Of a stretch of DNA of 64,000 nt, positions 45,141-55,800 are shown one piece after another; within the stretch, counting starts at the first letter, position 1; each line of letters starts with the position of its first letter. Origin of the DNA: Euglena gracilis. Lineage: Eukaryota. Both the position numbers and the translations under genes were made by a program. The notes below the pieces were generated by a model. The model was not told the DNA's origin. It searched no databases and was given only the letters and a program-made list of their open reading frames with translations. The DNA lies in assembly GCA_039621445.1 (NCBI GenBank), contig CP154954.1:12146716-12210715 (forward strand), in the 5' to 3' direction.

Positions 45141-45572
45141 TGAGTACCAGGCAGCCATTCTGCCATGGCACTGTGTACCAGATACAATGGGCTACGGCCT
45201 ACAATCTGGCTACGGCCGGGCTGTACACAGTGGCATGGTTAAACCATAAGACAAAGATAGAATCTCAGAGCTAGTGAAAGCTTAGCGAAAGTAACTGGTT
45301 CCTAATTCAAGGTTACAGGGTTTGGTGCTTTGCAATTCTGTTTTAGAATTCTGAGGGCGAAGTCCCATTTGAATAGAAGTTTATTTTCTTTCTTTTACAA
45401 AGCTCGAAAGAGCAAAAGTCACTTTCATATAAGGGACTGCGGTCCCAACAATTCTATTTGCCTTTGTGCTTTGCTATCAAAGGGGAAAAGGGAAACAAAT
45501 TTTATTGTTACTCCCCCCACGGGCTTTTCGGGAGGAAAGCATAAGTAGAAAAGCCGGGGTGGGACGTACACT
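45141..45572 (+). repeat. 3' LTR (432 bp)
   Basis: Direct repeat of 27924-28356. Confidence 0.97.
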
Positions 45573-47000
45573 TCTTTTTTGGAGATTACAAACCAAGGGA
45601 TGGTGTGTTGGGTACCTTCCCAGGGGACTGGTTTTATGGCTCCTGCCTGAAAATAGTCTTGTAAAATACTTTTTGTCTTTTGTATTTCCACCTTTGATTT
45701 TGGTATGGAACATGTGCTGAGGGAGCCCCCTGTGTGATGAGTTGCAACACCCTGGGGGGGGCAACCTTTTGCCACCATTGCAGCTGGTCCTGAAGCCTCT
45801 GAAACAGAGGCACTCCCAGAAAGTGCTCCTCTGTCAGCAGCACCACGGTGATCTGTTCCACAGATCTCAAGCTTGCAGCTTCCCACAGCCTGCAGATGTC
45901 TTGGCTTCTGCCCCTCAGGGCTGGTTGACTTTGTGGCACAATGCCCAGCTCTGGCGGACACAATGTCCTTTTGGGACTTGATGAGTTCTGATCTGAAAAG
46001 GAAGGAGCAATACTTCCTGGCAAGGTGTTGGGCAAACCATTTTCCTCCTTAGGACTTGCCTTTGCCTTTGGGGCCAGACCGCCATGGTCTCGGTTGTCAA
46101 TTTGTTTGCCATTGCTTGAACTTCCACCCTTTTTCACCTGTGGAGGTGGGAAAGTGCCACATGGGGAACTCACCCCTGAAGTGGGATTTGATACCCTCTT
46201 TGTTGATGCCAGCTTGGGCTTTGGCCATTTTGATGTCTTCAGGGGTGAACAGGCCATTTCCTTGCTGTATGGTCTGAGGGATGCTTCTCCTCTTCCTCTC
46301 CTTGACAATGTCTCCTTCACATATTTGTTGGCTCAAACCCAATACGTTTTCAGGGGCTCCTTGTAAGGTGCAGTGCAGCGCTGCCAAGATACGTAGTATA
46401 TTCAAGAACTTCTGCTGGACTGCACACACGGTGCGGTCATACCCACTCTTACCGTCTTCACGGTGGTTGTTTTCCTCCGCTTTCGGCTTCAGGGTCTTCC
46501 AGGTGGGTATCTGTTCCAGCAAACTTCGTACGTCCAACCGTAAGTCCCCAGACTGTACCTGTGTCCATATCCTCTCCAGGTCCCCCGGCAGTGCCTCCTC
46601 GGCCGTCTGCCAGGGGAAGTCCTGGGCTTCCTCCGCCGCGCGCGCTGCCTCCTCGTCGCGATCCATCTCCGCCGTCGTCGTCGTCGTCGTCGTCCACTTC
46701 TCGTACAGCTTGAAGGCCACGTCCGACGCCTTGTCGCTTAGCTCCAATGACGTTATCGAGACGTTCTTAGTGAGAGCAAAGCTGTAAAGGTAAGCCGCCA
46801 GATATGGTTGTAGGGTAGACTCCACCATAGCCACTCCAGTGAGCTTCCGTACGGCAAGGGCACATCGGGTTGTTTCCCACCCTGCTCCAGTCCACTTCTG
46901 ACCTGAACCAATCGTGGCCATCACAGCAGTAGTGACGGCATCTCGCAAAAAGGCTGTTGTCAGTTATTCTTGTAAGAAAATGTTGCTCCACGCCGCTTCG
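45573..47000 (-). pseudogene. ORF1 (gag-like) and RT N-terminus of DIRS element A
   Basis: 283-aa ORF 46097-46948 next to the ITR; KSILQDYFQAGAIKPV..QHTIPWFVISKKE continues at 27923. Confidence 0.85.
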
Positions 47001-50000
47001 AAGGCCTCTTTGTCGGTCTCGTCTTGCAGGTGCGAAATTTACATGATCAGCTTGAACGAATGGTTGCAGCTCCGTGCCAAAGGGACGATTATGATCCGCC
47101 TACTCCGGCAAAGAAAAGCAGTAAGAAACACCACAACCAACCCCAAAAACACAAACAACAGCCGGAAAGAAGAGCAGGACCTCACTTGGGTCTTTGCGGA
47201 GCCGGAGCTGTCTGGTGGAGTGGGGTCCTCACACCTGGGGTTGTACCCCATGCTGGGCCAAAAGGTTTTTGGTTATGGAGGCAACGGTATCTGCCTTAAT
47301 GACTTTTTAGGGGGTTTTAACATAATTAAAAGGGAGCCCCCAGGTTTCAACGTGTTGCTGCCACATAATATATCATCAAATGAAAGGGACTGATTTGGGA
47401 GCACTGGGGAACAGAGACAACTCTCTCCCACTTGTGAATTTTTGACCTTTACATTTGATTTTGATGTAGGGTGCCCCACCCCCAACATGCTGGTGGTTCT
47501 TTGGACCTGTGCCAAATCAGACGAACGATATAAACAGAGGATACGTGAACAGAAAATGAGTTGTGTACGCAATGTACACATATCAGAGGGCAGGGGGGAC
47601 TGTGCCAGCCCCAGGAGGATTGGGAGAGGATCCCAGAATGCACCATATTTCTCCAGGTTTTGCTTCCGAAGCCTTTTATAAGGTGCCAACATGGCATGAA
47701 ACCTTAGGCCACCAAAGCCAGGGATCAAATGCATAGAACTGTATGCATTGCGTGCTTGGGCCTTTTAAAAATTGGAACAGTTGAATTAAAGCGTCAACCA
47801 CTTGGTCAGTGGTGGCTTCAGGGGGGGATACCCCCATTTTGTTCAAAACTACCCATGAAAGTGTGAAAGCGCTTTGATAACGCTTTAGACTGGGGTTTCT
47901 TACCAGGAAAGTGTTGTAATGGCTGAATTTTGTATTTGTTTCCCCTCCAGAGTTTGCCTGAGCAAATCACGCAAAGCAGGGGCCACCTGGTTGGTGGCAT
48001 TTTTTCCCCCCTGCAATTGGTGAACATACCCATGTAGGGGGTGATTTTCAGGCAGGGGTCCCTGGTACTTTCATTTTTATTAACTGCGGCCACCATGTGG
48101 CTGAATCCCAGTAGGGGTGACCATCAAAACTTTGGCCTGTGGAAACACTTTTAATCTGGTGAGAAATTTTTGGATTACAGGCCAGGGGGGGGTTTGCATA
48201 AAGATCCCCCATATTGTCCAGTGGACATTGTAATGCATCTACTGCTGTGGCTCCCCAGTGGGGCCACCTGGCCACAAATTGTGGCTGTCTTTTGTTCCCT
48301 GGTGAGGCAAAAAGCTCTTTTTTTAGGGTGATGCAATTTTTAAACTGCTGCCTCAGCCATTGAAAAAGTTGGGGGTCCAGGGAATAATCCCCCCTGTCCA
48401 TTTCTCACCTGCTTATGGTGTCTGCCAGGCATTCCTTTGAAGGGAGCCACTGTACTTGCAGATTTATGTTGTGCTCCATGCACCATTTGAAGAAGGGTCT
48501 TAGCATGTAATTGAAGGGGTCTTTTCTGCCCCCCCCTTTTGTTAAGTAATAGTAAATTACGTGATTGTCCACGGATGGGGACACATTTTCTCCTGGCTGG
48601 CTGAGGCTTTGAACTGTGCTTATTGCTGAACTTAATTCTTTGACATTTATGTGCAAAATGGAGCTTTCCCTCCAAAATTCTTGCACAATTCTTGCCCGTT
48701 CGAATGTCCAGCCCCCCCCAAGCATGGGTACTGCTGTCTGAGTGCAACTCCCTGGTTGCATTTTTGGGGAGAGGTCTGCCCCCCAGGTGTCTAGTAGAAT
48801 TTTTATTACTCTTCCTTGGTCCTTTATTTTTTTGGAAATGTGTTGTTTTGAGTCCCAGGGGACTGTGGAATTTTCCACCAAAAAATTTGCCAGGGCATCC
48901 GTAAAGGCCCTTAGAAAGGGCTGGGCCATTAGATTGCATCTTATTTGGCCTAAAATGGCAGCCAGTTGCCTTTTTGACATGTAATATTTTTTCACCTTTT
49001 TTCCCAGCTCCTTTTTTACGGTTTTAACTTTCTGGGGGGGCACCTGTATTTTTTTCTCTTGGAAGTTTAGTTGAAATCCAAGATGATATACGATTTGGGT
49101 GGGCTGCAGGGTGGACTTTTTGACGTTGATTTTGAATCCTGATTTCACTAAATACCTGACCACTGTGTTCAGGTGATTTTGTAAGATGTTTTGTGTTGGG
49201 GCCACCAGTAAAATGTCGTCCAGGTAAATAATACTTGGATGCACCTTTTCTTCCACAGCTTTTCGAATGTTTTCATTACTGATATGAACGTTTGGGGCAT
49301 TGCATTCAGGACAAAACAGCCTGCCTGGAATTCCAAGGTCTGCCCCCCCCCCACCTGATGTCTTAGAAATGGAATTAGGCCCGGCTCACTGGGATGTGGA
49401 AGTAAGCATCCTTTAGGTCTTTTTTTGCTGCCCAGTGGCCTTTTTCCAACGCTGGAAAAATGTGCTGTATGTGATCCTTGAAAGGTTTCACTTTAAACCT
49501 TTGATTTATTGCCCTGCAATCGCTTATTAATCTCCATTTTGTCTGCCCCCCCCCTCTGGTTTTGAAATCAGAAACCAGGGGATCAGGTGCTGGGTGGTTG
49601 AATCCCTCACCCTCTTTACGGATCCAGATTTTTCGTAATCCAGCAGTATTTTTTCTGCTTGGGGTAGGTTCAAATTTGCTCTGGGTTTTGTGTGGGAGGA
49701 CATTTTTGGTGGGCTGACCCAGGGGGGTTGAATGCCATCCCTGAGGAGTTGACATGTCGTTAGGGGGACATTTTTTGTCAACAATTTCAAGCTTTTTTGC
49801 AACCTTTGATGGAGGATGGTGTCTCCCCATTTTTCCTCCATGGAATTTGTTTTCTGGATAAGATGTTTTTGGGGGGGCTGGGTTGGGGGTGATGGCCATT
49901 TTTGGATTTTTTGCAACCTTTGATGGAGGGAGGTGTCTCCTTTTATTTCCTCCATTTAAATTATTTTCTGGATAAGATGATTTTGAGGGGGCTGGGCTGG

Positions 50001-51439
50001 GGGTGTTGGACATTGCACCCTTAAGTCCCCTAGGGGTTGGGCCCTTGGAAAAAGAATTTTTTTCTGGGGTTATGTGCATGCACTCTCTCCCTCTCTGCTC
50101 ACCTCTCTGGAGGATCTTGTCGTTGGAAGACATACCATAGGGCTTAATGCCCCTGTTTGGGCTATCTGGTCTTCTCCATGTTGATGTGGTTGGTTGACAT
50201 ACAATAGGGGGGCCTCTGTGGGTCCCCCCTTGATTGAATAATTGGGAATTGAAAAATAATTGTTGGAGGGGTTTCTGCCTCTCCCTCAATTAAGGCCACT
50301 GTGGGTCCCTTTTCCTCCTGGGGCTGGGTCATTGAAAGGGCTACTGTGGGTCCCTTTTTCCTCCATTTTTGGCACAGTGTCTCTGTGGGTCCCTCGGAGG
50401 ATTTCTCCAGCAGCTTCCTTAGCTTCTTGGTGGCCACTGTGGGTCCACCCTGCTGGTCTCCAAGGTCTCCATGTGTAAATGTTTCTCCATAATCCATCTG
50501 TTGGTCTTGTAGCCCTTGAGTTCTTCTTGGCCTCCAACCCCGTTGGAAATCTGGGGGGGCTGCTGTGGCACCCCCTTGTCCCCTTGCGAGGGGCTGTTGT
50601 GCAAGATGAATTGGTGGGTGTTGTACAGACCTTTTTTGCCCCTTCCTGAGGGGATTTGCCTGAAAAACTGGCCCCCATGGCCCCTGTGGTGTTGTCCTCC
50701 TTGGCCTTGATTCCATCTCCCCATCTTCTGGCCAATTTGTACACGGGCGACTGGGCGCCTTTGGTGGAGATGCCCCTGATGTGTGGGCGTTGATTGTCGA
50801 AATGTGTAGTAATTTGGGCCCCCATGGCCCATCCTTTTCCCACCAAGCGCTGGGGCTGACTTCTGTCTTCTGGGCCTTCTGGCCACAGTGGTCCAAAGGA
50901 CCGTGGCCGTCACTGGGGGGGGGGAGGTTGGGCCTTTAAATTTCTGTGGTTGGGGTCTGTGGGTGAAGAAAGGCCACGGTTTCCCGCGTGTTGACCGCAT
51001 CTCCAAGGTCTCCAGCTGCTGCGGCCACTCCTCCAGGACGTCCGTTGCCATATAATTCCAATTTCTTCTCCACTGCATTGCTCAGCGAAGTCGTAATTTA
51101 AATTTGATAATTAACTTCTCAATTGATACTCATCTTGCTCGTGTTCCCCTGGATATTGAATTGCTATTGACTTCTTTTCTCAGTTCTTCCTCGTTCGTGA
51201 ACTCTGTTCCTTTCTTCTGGGTGTCGAAGGGCAAGTTAGGAATCAGCCAACTCCAGCGAACAAAGGCACTAAGCGGGACCAAACCCAGCGCACCAAACAA
51301 CCACAACAAACCGCCCGCGAGCAATGCATGGCCTCACAATGGCAACGTTCGGAGCCCGAGGTGTCAGAAAATGAACCAGACCGCCGACGTCCTCGTCGCG
51401 AGCCTCAGAGTAGGACACTGAGCAGGACAGCGCCTGTGG

Positions 51440-51660
51440 TTTGTGGTTTTCAGTCTCTGCTTCCTTTGCCGGAGGCTCTGTTCTGCTGTGTGGTTGGTGC
51501 GCGGGGGTTCTTTCTGCAATTTTTTCCCGGAGTTGGAAGTCTCCTATTGCTTCCCTTCGACTTCAAGGAGAAAGAATTTCAACGCTACGAGTTCAACTGG
51601 CCTTTTTTCGGGAGTATTTCAACTACGAAAACCATACCTACCATCACTTGTGTACTTCAG
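51440..51660 (+). mobile_element. Fragment resembling a DIRS ITR plus ORF1 start
   Basis: Similar to 63208-63360 (TGCCGG..TGTTCTG..GTGCGCGGGGG..CCGGAGTTGG..TCAAGGAGAAAGA..TTTCAAC..TACGAGT). Confidence 0.55.
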
Positions 51661-52879
51661 AATTTCTGAACTTCTACTTAATGGTGGAATAATTCAACTC
51701 AATGTGTCCCAGCCAGAAAGATGACCCAACAGCCAAACATCCCAAACACCCCACCCAGAGCACCAAATCCAATAGCACGGAACAGCCCAATTAGTGCTGC
51801 ATCCCCACGCCGCTGGAGACGGCCGTCAAATACTGCTGCGGGGCAATACTATTTGGGGGGGTTCCTTTTTAAAAAAAAAAATCGTGCCACGATGGCCTCG
51901 CCACAAAGGTGCCCCAATGTGGAGGAAAATCCTGTCGCGGCGCATTGGCGGCCCATGCGGCAGCACGGCCAAAGCCTTCGGGAGGAAACTCCTCGTGGCG
52001 TCATTTGGGCCAATGGCAATGCGTCAGCCGCCTGGTTTCGTGCACGGAGGCAGTGGCGGCTCGACGTAGTGATTCTTGCAAGGGTTAAAACATCAGGGTC
52101 ACGCAAACGAAGAGCTGGGGGATGATTATCGACGCTTGCGATGAGCATCACGTCTCTTCCTAGGTTTTCATCCCGGGCAATAAGGTCCCTCAACAGGGTG
52201 CTCCTCTTAATCGTGCGGACGGAGTGTGTACGTCCACAGGCGCAGTTTCAGTGCTGATTGTTTTTTACCTCTGGTTTGGGGGTCTCCAACACGTGCGGCA
52301 GAGGGCTTATTATCCTGTCATGTGTTGCTTTTTGTGCAGGTTTTCGTCTGCCGCCACGTTGTTGCCCCTGAAGATTTGGAGAAGGTCCTGCGGGAACTCT
52401 GAATTTGGGCATAGCACGGAGGGTACGGCCTTGCGAAAATTCCTAATAAAACTCCGTATCTGACCCATGCTTTTGTAGGCGGATCCAAGCTTGAGCTTTT
52501 CCCTCTGGCTGCAAGCTGAAGTGGGAAAGTATTTTGGGAAGAAAACCCGGAATTTCTAGACACGATTTTTGGAAGTCGAAAATGGAACTCAGAATACGAA
52601 GAGTTCATTGGGGATTATGAGCAGAATTTACGGACTGTTCAGACTTCCATGTGGTCTTTGCATGCCCAGAGGCCGCAGGTGAAAGGGTTTCCACTGAAGC
52701 TAAAAAGTCTCTGGATTACTGGATTGAAGGAAGCTGGCTCAGTCAGTGTGCCATTAATTTGCAACCCCAAGAAAAGCACGTAGACACGTGATCTTTTGTG
52801 GTTGATCCAATTTTTCTATTGCCATTGGCTTTCCAGGGGATGGATGGATTATTTGCCAAACCGGCCCACCGGCCGCAAA

Positions 52880-55800
52880 ACTCTAGCACTCCTGCACACT
52901 GAAGGAAGTGTTCAGACCCTTGCCAAACATCGCCATTGGAAAAACACTCAAACTAGCCGTGGTGGATATCGAGTTTAAAAATAAATGTGAAAACTTTCCG
53001 ATGAGAGGTAAATGTTGTCCCACGCCAAAAAAGGTGAGTAGGAAACTGAAAAAACAAGTCGAAGAGTTGGTCCAAGCCAACACTGTCGAAGTATTCTCGC
53101 CGGAGACATTTCCGCGTTTTGGCTCACTGACTTTGATAGTAGCAAAGAAAGCATCTGACGAGACTAATGGTGAGTAAACATCAAAAGCTGAACAAGAGGA
53201 CAAAGACCCACGCCACTCATGGAACAACTTTCGTCGTCTAAAATTCAAAGCAAATTGAATTTAGGAAGTGGTTTTTGTGCCAATTTCTCTTACACCCCAT
53301 GCCCAAGATTTAACGAATTTCACAACTGCAAGTGGAAGATGCTTCCGATGGCTATGAATTCCTTTTGGCTTGCAACAAGCGCTGGGGATGTTTCAAGAAA
53401 TGATGGATATTTTGTGTGGGAACGTCCAATAAAAGAATGAAATGAAACCAATTTTAGAAAATATATTTTGTGGAGCTTTTTCGATGATTGTTGAATCGGT
53501 TCACAAAATGAGAGTGATCATTTAAAACTCTTGGAAGAATTTTTGAGGACGTGTTTGGAAAACTGTAAATTCATGAAAACTGAACTCGGTTATTTCAGCT
53601 ACGGAGCCTGTCGCCTGACTATGAGTCACATCAGTAAGAAACGAACTATGGAATGATGTAATGACACATAATCAGAGCCTTAAAAAAGTGGGAATGACGG
53701 ATTGGGTTGCGGCCCATCGTGCTTCTTACTGGCCACAAGACTGTGGAACCTTGGGCTAGAGAGGTTCCAGACACACGAACTTACGCAGTTTGCACGAACG
53801 CACGACTTTCTCTCCTCCCCTGTCTGCACCCTATCAACCTCCATTGGATTGTCCCTAGCCCATATTTTCGCGTTCCTTCAGTATAAGCTCAAAGTGTCTT
53901 GATTGGTGGGCAATAAGGGCTTCCAGAAATTTTTTTTTGGGAATCATCCGACATTGAGACATATAAAAAAAATTACTGTTTGTTTGCAGTGAATTAATTT
54001 TGCAACATTTGATCCAGACAAACCATGTCTTTTAGGAGAGGATGCTAGTTTACGTCCCCTGACACTATTCCCACTGCCTGTCGGCCTACTTAAACCCTCC
54101 CGTGGGAACAGAACCAGGAGAGTAGCAAAAAAAAGTCTTTCACTTAACTATTAGTTTTTATTGCCTTCGGGCATATGCAGAGCACAAGGCAAACCAGGTT
54201 GTGATTTTGGAACTTCAGTTCCACAATGTTCTCCTATCGCAGATTTGATCTTGAAATTGCCTTTGATCAGGCTTTTGATGACATGAATAAAATAATACCA
54301 CCTGTGAAAGGAGCGGCAGATCCGAGATAGGATGGGCTATTCCTAATTCTGCAATTTGTATTGCAGAACCTGGAATAGTACTATCTGGTATGCCACTGTA
54401 CGTTCTGCAGATTGCTGCTATGCACAGTGTCATGGTGTTAATGCTGCCTGGTACACATCCTCCTACCAGGGCTTTGCCTGATTTCATTACTGGACCAGGC
54501 CAGCAAGGACACAAGCCAGGCCCTGAGATAGAGGAACATACACCAGGAAAGCACATCTTGGGTCTGCTTCTCCATCACAAGGGTGAAAAAGAAACTGGTA
54601 GGAAGAGAGGGGAACCCAAAACCCCAAAAACGCGCGAAAGAGGTTATCCGCTTAAGCAGTTACCTACTTATTGCGGTAAAGGGGTGGAAGTGGAAGAGCC
54701 CGCTTAGAAAGTGGGGCTGGAAGGTTTCCATTCCAGAAATTCCCAACCACGCAGTTTGGGGTGTGCCTAGGGCACATAGGGAGGTCTCATTCCATAATCA
54801 GAAAAGATTGCATAGGTGGGTTGTGGAAGGAGGGGCACCTGGGCAGTCACACCTGACCAGGGAGGAAAGCCTATTTACAAAACCAACTGCCGGCGACAGC
54901 GATTTTGCCCGGGGGGGGGGAAGAGGAGTGGAGTGGGGGGCTGGTCAAAAGAACTTAGGCAGAATTTTTGCTGTCTGGAAGTCTTATGGGGCCTTAAGGC
55001 CCAAAAGTAACAAGTTTGTCCTATTATTACGGTGTGCGCGCTGTACGCTGTGCGTCTTCTTACTGGCGGCATATACCGCTGTGAAGTCTGCACAGGGCAG
55101 CGCGAGCACGGTGTTGTCGATGGGGTATCCCCAGAGGCGTATACCTCATAGTAATGGACTATCGCCCAAGAGAAGGGAGCAGTTCGGCAAATGTGCCTGG
55201 GTTGATATGGTTGGAGGAGAGGGGGGGGGTACTCATGAACAAACAACAAGTGCAAAGATCCTCGTGATCCTTGGTAACCGTATCGGTGTTACCCATGTGG
55301 ATTTTGCAGCTTACACAGCTACGGGATTATATTAGCCAAACGCCAAAGCACCGGTGAGATGAGTTGGAAACCCATCATTGGTTTCAGAGGTTGAGAAAAT
55401 AAGCAAAATAATGATATGATGCCAAGCTTCGCTGTCCCTTGGGGACTGTTCGTGACACCGAAAACGGTGATGCACAAAACAAAATGTATGTTGTCAAGCA
55501 TGTTGCGGTAACTATCCACCAAGGCAAATAAGCATGTATGACAAAAAAAATACACCAACACGTTTTGAGCCATTGGCTCTTTTATCACACCATGATGGTG
55601 CTGCACGCGATATTTCGCCAAATAGCGATTCTGAATTCGGAAATGTGAAACAGTGGGTTGGAAATAACCATAAATTCTGCGATTCGCATGATGGTCCTCA
55701 AACCTACTCGCAATATTTGTGATTTGGGTGTGAAAACGTGCAATTTCAGCAGGAACTTCACCACCATGACGAGATTTCTGCTCCAATCGAGAAAGTATTT

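Larger units (their letters stand above)
27924..45572 (+). mobile_element. 17.65-kb Ty3/Gypsy (chromovirus-like) LTR retrotransposon with extra coding regions
   Basis: LTRs 27924-28356 and 45141-45572; TSD TCTTT (27919-27923, 45573-45577). Removing the element plus one TSD restores the DIRS RT frame WFVISKKE-PQGEKHRL. PBS and PPT present; domain order gag-PR-RT-RH-IN-chromo. Confidence 0.96.
25019..47213 (-). mobile_element. DIRS1-like element A (~4.5 kb own sequence), interrupted by the giant Gypsy element
   Basis: ITRs 47119-47188 vs 25082-25150. ICR ~25311-25411 is complementary to 25019-25088 and 47180-47213. TCT at both borders and at the ICR junction. Confidence 0.95.
24501..51366 (-). 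mobile_element. DIRS1-like element B (~4.7 kb own sequence: 47214-51366 plus 24501-25018), interrupted by element A
   Basis: ITRs ~51280-51338 vs ~24568-24626. ICR ~24749-24856 is complementary to both ends (24501-24572 and 51330-51365). Domains: RT (KWRLISDCR, DLKDAYFH, YLDD; 49100-49700), RNase H (DSSTHAWGG, HINVKEL, VDN), MTase-like (DYSL, LFASPGN, DAL, YANPP; 47950-48400), YR split at HST|R|GAG. Frameshifted. Confidence 0.92.

Noticed and set aside
47100-47190. Hydrophobic, TM-like peptides read from DIRS ITRs (also 51250-51320, 63210-63290)
   Set aside because: Explained by the G/T-rich composition of the ITR strand; no consistent start codon
51849-52193. Possible RTE-type LINE C-terminal fragment on the - strand
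   Set aside because: Only vague resemblance; no catalytic motif or tail
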